The translations under genes and the position numbers were made by a program. Positions 59,822-64,000 of a DNA stretch of 64,000 nucleotides are shown one piece after another (within the stretch, counting starts at the first letter, position 1; the number at the start of each line of letters is the position of its first letter). Under the pieces are notes generated by a model. It was given only the letters and a program-made list of their open reading frames with translations. It was not told the origin of the DNA and searched no databases. This DNA comes from Candidatus Poribacteria bacterium (GTDB lineage Bacteria > Poribacteria > WGA-4E > PCPOR2b): positions 188,544-252,543 of the forward strand of contig OZ242335.1 of the NCBI GenBank assembly GCA_965208425.1. Direction: 5' to 3'.

Positions 59822-59916
59822 AAGTAGATTGTAGGTCGAGATTCACATCTCGACACCAAACTTCCAACCAACATCTCGATTGCACGTTGCAATTGTAGAC
59901 TAATAAGGAGGAGTTT

Positions 59917-60054
59917 ATGATGAAAATGTTAGTTGCAAATCGAAAAACCTTATCAATTCTACCTTTCTTTGGTATTATTATGCTTGTTTGCTTTATATTA
60001 CCTACGGTTCCTGTCTTTGCGAGTGATGCTTTTGAGGTTGGAGCCAAGAGTTGA
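59917..60054 (+). pseudogene. 45-codon signal-peptide-only ORF; paralogous copy of the 5' end of the T9SS cargo gene at 61048
   Basis: aggaggagttt ATG ATG AAA ATG TTA GTT GCA AAT CGA AAA... parallels 61041-61075 ggagttt ATT ATA AAA ACG TTA GTT GTA AAT CGG AAA. It then terminates after ...VPVFASDAFEVGAKS. Confidence 0.35.
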
Positions 60055-60149
60055 ACATGATCAGAATCATCAAAGGGGGTTCCGATGAACTCACCAAAAA
60101 AGATAGGGATTATTGACCTTACCACCAATAGCAGGCCCCGCTCTTTATA

Positions 60150-60290
60150 TACAGGACTTACGCACTTTAGATGGTAGTTGCCCGATTTATCGGGCGTATC
60201 GGGGCAGGGATGCCCCTCCCACACCCCCCTCAGTCCCCCCGCAAGCAGGGGGAAGGGCTTTGACCGCTCGGCTGCGTAAGTCCTAATATA
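60150..60290. mobile_element. MITE family 3 copy
   Basis: caggacttacgcacttt ... ggctgcgtaagtcctaa; internal cccgatttatcggg and ccccccgcaagcaggggga. Confidence 0.5.
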
Positions 60291-60319
60291 GACATATTCT
60301 GCATTCCAACTACGCAAGC

Positions 60320-60774
60320 GTGATGCCTCAAGCGATCGGTGTTTGGTGTGAGGAGGCAGGGCACGATGTAACCCTGGTATGCTATACCGGTTTTGGGGAT
60401 GTGACAGAAGACTTGCCCGATAATCTGGACTTAGCGTTCATAGGGACTTTTACACAGGGTGCACAACTTGCCTATGCCTTAAGTGCCCGCCTTCGATCAG
60501 AAGGCACTATCACCGTATTGGGCGGTCCTCACGTGCGTTGCTATCCAGAAGATGCACAGCAATACTTTGATTACGTTGTTGGCTTTACTGATAAGGCTGT
60601 CATCCAAAGGACCTCGGTCCCCTGTGGGAGTGGCTTCCCAAGGGCGCATTGTATTCGGATCCGAATGCCTATCTCAAAGCGGAACACGCCAATGACACCC
60701 AAATTAAGGAGGTGCCCCTCAATCAGGGGAGGACAAATTTTATCGGAATGCTCGATAGATCGGGGGCATAGACT
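60320..60774 (+). pseudogene. remnant of a B12-binding radical-SAM protein (B12-binding domain only; 5'-truncated at MITE3, frameshift near 60610; no CxxxCxxC core)
   Basis: ...LDLAFIGTFTQGAQLAYALSARLRSEGTITVLGGPHVRCYPEDAQQYFDYVVGFTDKAVIQ matches the cobalamin-binding domain of B12-rSAM enzymes. The reading frame then switches (...DLGPLWEWLPKGALYSDPNAYLKAEH... in frame -1) and ends at 60774. Confidence 0.45.
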
Positions 60775-61047
60775 TGATGCCTACGCATCAGGTATTCTAT
60801 CCTGAAAATCCTTAAATCCCCCGATAAGATCTCCGATTTCATCGGGACAGGCGGGATTTCGCGTAGTTTACCCCGATTTATCGGGGCTCAACCTGACAAT
60901 TCTGATTCAGATGGTCGGGGATCTCTTTGGGTTAAAAATCTCAGGAACTGTTGCGGAAGATGCTGATTTTGAAATGACGTTGCGTCCATTTTTCTGCCCA
61001 TTGGCAAACAATCCGATTGTGCACTGCAATGGATAATCAAGGAGTTT

Positions 61048-64000
61048 ATTATAAAAACGTTAGTTGTAAATCGGAAACGCATCACATTCATTGTGTTGAT
61101 GATGTTATCTCTATTCGCTCCACAAATATGGGGAATCGCGGACGCCGACGGGCACCTCATTGAGGGTCCCTGGCTCTGGATGATTGTTCCGTCGGCTGAT
61201 GTTTCACCGAAGATAGAATTCCCCCAAGAAGAGATAGAAGTCCCCCAAGGACTGATGCCCTCCCTGTGGGGAGAGATTAAGACTGATGTTTCGACAGAAA
61301 CAGATTCCCCAGAGATATATTTTCTAGATATAGATTCCCTTGCTGCTGCGAGTAATAGTACCGTTAGGGAATTCTCTGTTGCCCAAGGCAGTGCGATCAC
61401 TGCTGGGGATACCGTTGGATTGTCAAGATGGACAAGTAGTATTATTCCCTACCAAAAGAAAGAATGCGAAGAGTTCAAGAGCGTTAGTTGGTTTTTTATT
61501 TTTGGTGGCGGCACTGAAACTAAAACCGAATGTTGGAATAATAGTCTCAACGCGGTGGTCGATTTACTTGGATTGGGGAGAGATGCTAAGAAAGGACATA
61601 CCGCGTATGCGTTGATTTACCTCATCTCGCCCCGCGAGCAAATCAGCACCATGGGTGTTCAGAGTGGGGACGCACTCCACGTATGGCTCAATGGCGATGT
61701 GGTTTACGGACAGGCTGCGACTCACTTAGATTGCCGAAAGGTAGACATATTCGGTGCGCCCGATCACAGGACCTGCATCCCCGATCCACGGGATTGGGAG
61801 CGGAAACCGCACTATTTTCCCGTGATGCTTAAAGCCGGTCCCAACCTGCTATTGGTGAAAGTCAAACAGCACGGAACGTATTGGGATCTGTGGGTTGACC
61901 TTGATGCAGATTTCAGCACGACAACTGGCGCCCTTTCAATGATTCAAGCTTCGTCTCCGTTGGGGGAGTTGACGTTGGATGGTAACGTTATCACCTTGAG
62001 ACTAAATAGTAGATCTTTTGAGCCAGATATTACCATCCTCGAAGATGCGCTGACGGTATCGGGCATCCCCGGTGTAACGATACAACCGTCTAGTGTCCAA
62101 CGAATCAGCGACATAGAAGTAATGTTTACCCTAAGTTTTGACCACACCGACATCGACGGAGATGCTGAGCTCACCTTCGCCGTCGGTGACGGTGCGATAA
62201 CAAACTATCAAGGTGCTGCGTACAGCATAGAAAGCCGTGTTGCCGGCATTGAAGAATCAGTTGACGTTTCAGTTACATCTCCGTTGGGGGAGTTGACGTT
62301 GGATGGGAGCGTTATCACCCTGACGTTAAGTGGCAGAACTCTTGAGGCAGATATTTCCACAATCCGCGATGCGCTGACGGTATCGGGCATCCCCGGTGTA
62401 ACGATACAACCGTCTAGCGTCCAACGAATCAGCGAGACAGAAGTAATGTTTACCCTAAGTTTTGACCACACCGACATCGACGGAGATGTTCAGCTCACCT
62501 TCGCCGTCGGTGACGGTGCGATAACAAACTATCAAGGTGCTGGATTGCGCAGCAGCAAGCGTGTTGAGTCCACTGAAGAATCAGTTGACGTTTCAGTTGC
62601 ATCTCCGTTGGGGGAGTTGACGTTGGATGGGAGCGTTATCACCCTGACGTTAAGTGGCAGAGTTTTTGAGCCGGATATTTCCACAATCCGCGATGCGCTG
62701 ACAGTATCGGGCATCCCCGGTGTAACGATACAACCGTCGAGCGTCCAACGAATCAGCGAGACAGAAGTAACGGTTACGCTTGATTTCGACAGGACCCCAT
62801 TTATTGATGTTCCCCCGCCGCTGACTGTCAGCGTGGGCACCGGTGCGATCTCAAACTATATGGGGGAGGCCGTTACCGTAGAAGTTTCTATCGTATCCTC
62901 CAGAGACGAACAGACTAGCATTTATTGGACAGATCCCCTAGATAATACAATCTACAACGGCAACTTAGACGGTCCAAACGTCGAAGCCTTCGTCGCAGGA
63001 TTGGGGAATCCAACCGGTATCGCCTTAGACGCGGCGGATAGCAAGATGTACTGGACAGACGCGGGGACGAAAAAAATCCAACGTGCGAACTTGAACGGTT
63101 CAAACGTCGAAGACCTAGTTGCCCAAGGATTAAGCGGTCCAAGAAGCATCGCCTTAGATGTCGCAGCGGGTAAGATGTACTGGACAGACGCGGGGACGAA
63201 AAAAATCCAACGTGCGAACTTGGACGGTTCAAACGTCGAAGACCTAGTTGCCCAAGGGTTGGGGCGTCCATTCGGTATCGCGTTAGATATAACAGGCGGC
63301 CAGATGTATTGGACAGACAACGGGACAGACAAGATTCAGCGATCGGATTTGGACGGTTCAAACGTCGAAGATCTCGTCACAGGATTGGGAAATCCATTGG
63401 GCATCGCGTTAGATATAGCAGGCGGCAAGATGTATTGGACAGACAACGGGACAGACAAGATTCAGCGATCGGATTTGGACGGTTCAAACGTCGAAGATCT
63501 CGTCACAGGATTGGGAAATCCATTGGGCATCGCGTTAGATATAGCAGGCGGCAAGATATATTGGACAGACGCGGGGACGAAAAAAATCCAACGTGCGAAC
63601 TTGGACGGTTCAAACGTCAAAGATCTCTTCACAGAATTAGTCTCTCCAGCCGGCATTGCCATTGTAATAGATTCTTCCTCCCCAGTGACACAGGAGGCTG
63701 TGGACCATGACCCAGTGGCACAGGAGGTTGTGGACCATGATGCCATTGTTGATGTCCAAGAGTTCGTGCTCTTGCCAAACTACCCCAATCCGTTCAATCC
63801 AGAGACGTGGATACCGTATCACTTGGCAACGGAGGCAGATGTTACGTTGACTATCTACGACACAAGTGGACAGGTCGTTCGGCTGTTGAAGCTCGGACAT
63901 CAAGCTGCGGGACGGTATCAGAGCCGAAGTCGTGCTGCTTATTGGGATGGCAGAAACCAGTTTGGAGAGGCGGTAGCAAGCGGTGTTTATTTCTATCGCC
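61048..64000 (+). CDS. very large secreted protein: 3 x ~105-aa tandem repeats + six-blade YWTD (LDL-receptor class B) beta-propeller + T9SS C-terminal sorting domain; 3' end beyond window
   Basis: Open frame from 60973 to the window end. AAGGAG at 61039-61044. There is no canonical in-frame start before GTG 61093 / ATG 61099, but a proper signal peptide (IIKTLVVNRKRITFIVLMMLSLFAPQIWG/IADA) exists only if translation starts at ATT 61048 or ATA 61051. YWTD units (K.YWTD.GT.KIQRA.LDGSNVEDLV). LLPNYPNPFNPETWIPY...GVYFY tail truncated at 64000. Confidence 0.75.
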   Translation, partial: MIKTLVVNRKRITFIVLMMLSLFAPQIWGIADADGHLIEGPWLWMIVPSADVSPKIEFPQEEIEVPQGLMPSLWGEIKTDVSTETDSPEIYFLDIDSLAAASNSTVREFSVAQGSAITAGDTVGLSRWTSSIIPYQKKECEEFKSVSWFFIFGGGTETKTECWNNSLNAVVDLLGLGRDAKKGHTAYALIYLISPREQISTMGVQSGDALHVWLNGDVVYGQAATHLDCRKVDIFGAPDHRTCIPDPRDWERKPHYFPVMLKAGPNLLLVKVKQHGTYWDLWVDLDADFSTTTGALSMIQASSPLGELTLDGNVITLRLNSRSFEPDITILEDALTVSGIPGVTIQPSSVQRISDIEVMFTLSFDHTDIDGDAELTFAVGDGAITNYQGAAYSIESRVAGIEESVDVSVTSPLGELTLDGSVITLTLSGRTLEADISTIRDALTVSGIPGVTIQPSSVQRISETEVMFTLSFDHTDIDGDVQLTFAVGDGAITNYQGAGLRSSKRVESTEESVDVSVASPLGELTLDGSVITLTLSGRVFEPDISTIRDALTVSGIPGVTIQPSSVQRISETEVTVTLDFDRTPFIDVPPPLTVSVGTGAISNYMGEAVTVEVSIVSSRDEQTSIYWTDPLDNTIYNGNLDGPNVEAFVAGLGNPTGIALDAADSKMYWTDAGTKKIQRANLNGSNVEDLVAQGLSGPRSIALDVAAGKMYWTDAGTKKIQRANLDGSNVEDLVAQGLGRPFGIALDITGGQMYWTDNGTDKIQRSDLDGSNVEDLVTGLGNPLGIALDIAGGKMYWTDNGTDKIQRSDLDGSNVEDLVTGLGNPLGIALDIAGGKIYWTDAGTKKIQRANLDGSNVKDLFTELVSPAGIAIVIDSSSPVTQEAVDHDPVAQEVVDHDAIVDVQEFVLLPNYPNPFNPETWIPYHLATEADVTLTIYDTSGQVVRLLKLGHQAAGRYQSRSRAAYWDGRNQFGEAVASGVYFYR

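Noticed and set aside
59622-60317. 231-aa minus-strand ORF
   Set aside because: Overlaps the RBS-supported lipoprotein gene 59273..59821 and runs through a MITE3 copy. No RBS; translation has no recognisable features.
61944-63903. Series of minus-strand ORFs (61944..62174, 62208..62477, 62532..62840, 62915..63361, 62952..63332, 63462..63746, 63637..63903)
   Set aside because: All are antisense shadows of the tandem-repeat and YWTD regions of the large plus-strand gene. Their repetition reflects the DNA repeats.
1-64000. tRNA, rRNA, tmRNA, RNase P, integrase/prophage, integron
   Set aside because: I scanned by eye for conserved cores (GGTTCGAATCC-type T-arms, tmRNA tag region, RNase P GAAAGTCCGG, integrase motifs) and found none. 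A computational scan (tRNAscan-SE/Infernal) is still advisable.

Overview
The window is a 64-kb chromosomal segment from an uncultured bacterium, roughly 50% GC by eye (not computed). Gene content points to a PVC-like lineage that also uses T9SS-type secretion, possibly a sponge-symbiont Poribacteria-like organism. This is inferred from the combination of Cys-type sulfatases, a formylglycine-generating enzyme, a Planctomycete cytochrome-c (PSCyt1) domain, WD40, YWTD, cohesin and dockerin domains, and T9SS sorting tails; none of it is proven.

About 45 protein-coding genes can be supported. Housekeeping and metabolic genes: HtrA/DegP protease, DinG helicase, aconitase A, endonuclease V, SucD, a D-2-hydroxyacid dehydrogenase, an Omp85/BamA-family protein, a BatA-like vWA membrane protein, an MFS transporter, two aldo/keto reductases, two Gfo/Idh/MocA oxidoreductases, an SDR, a C-N hydrolase, a PhyH dioxygenase, RidA, an RraA-like protein and a hydantoinase-A-like protein. 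A sulfatase-centred catabolic set: two cytoplasmic-looking Cys-type sulfatases plus a secreted FGE. A right-hand cluster (51.9-64 kb) of three very large secreted proteins carrying T9SS C-terminal sorting domains. Their domains are CARDB, WD40-cohesin-dockerin, and tandem repeats plus a YWTD beta-propeller.

At least three families of miniature inverted-repeat elements (MITE1, MITE2, MITE3), a dispersed short palindrome (cccGATAAATCggg) and hairpin-repeat doublets are spread densely through the window. Several gene remnants lie next to these elements: a HigB toxin stub next to an intact HigA, a sigma-54 activator C-terminus split by a MITE, a B12-radical-SAM N-terminal fragment, and a LarE-like C-terminal fragment.

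The items I consider most worth follow-up are these. A solo IS605-family TnpB (OMEGA-type RNA-guided nuclease) with all catalytic residues present. A 2-kb cassette flanked by inverted repeats that carries two paralogous double-HTH proteins, inserted between T9SS cargo genes. An in-frame UGA at the predicted redox position of a thioredoxin-like secreted protein, which is a selenocysteine candidate. A T9SS cargo gene whose canonical start codons are replaced by AUU/AUA. A 1.7-kb ORF-free region rich in repeats and iteron-like motifs. No rRNA, tRNA, CRISPR-cas or integrase genes were seen.
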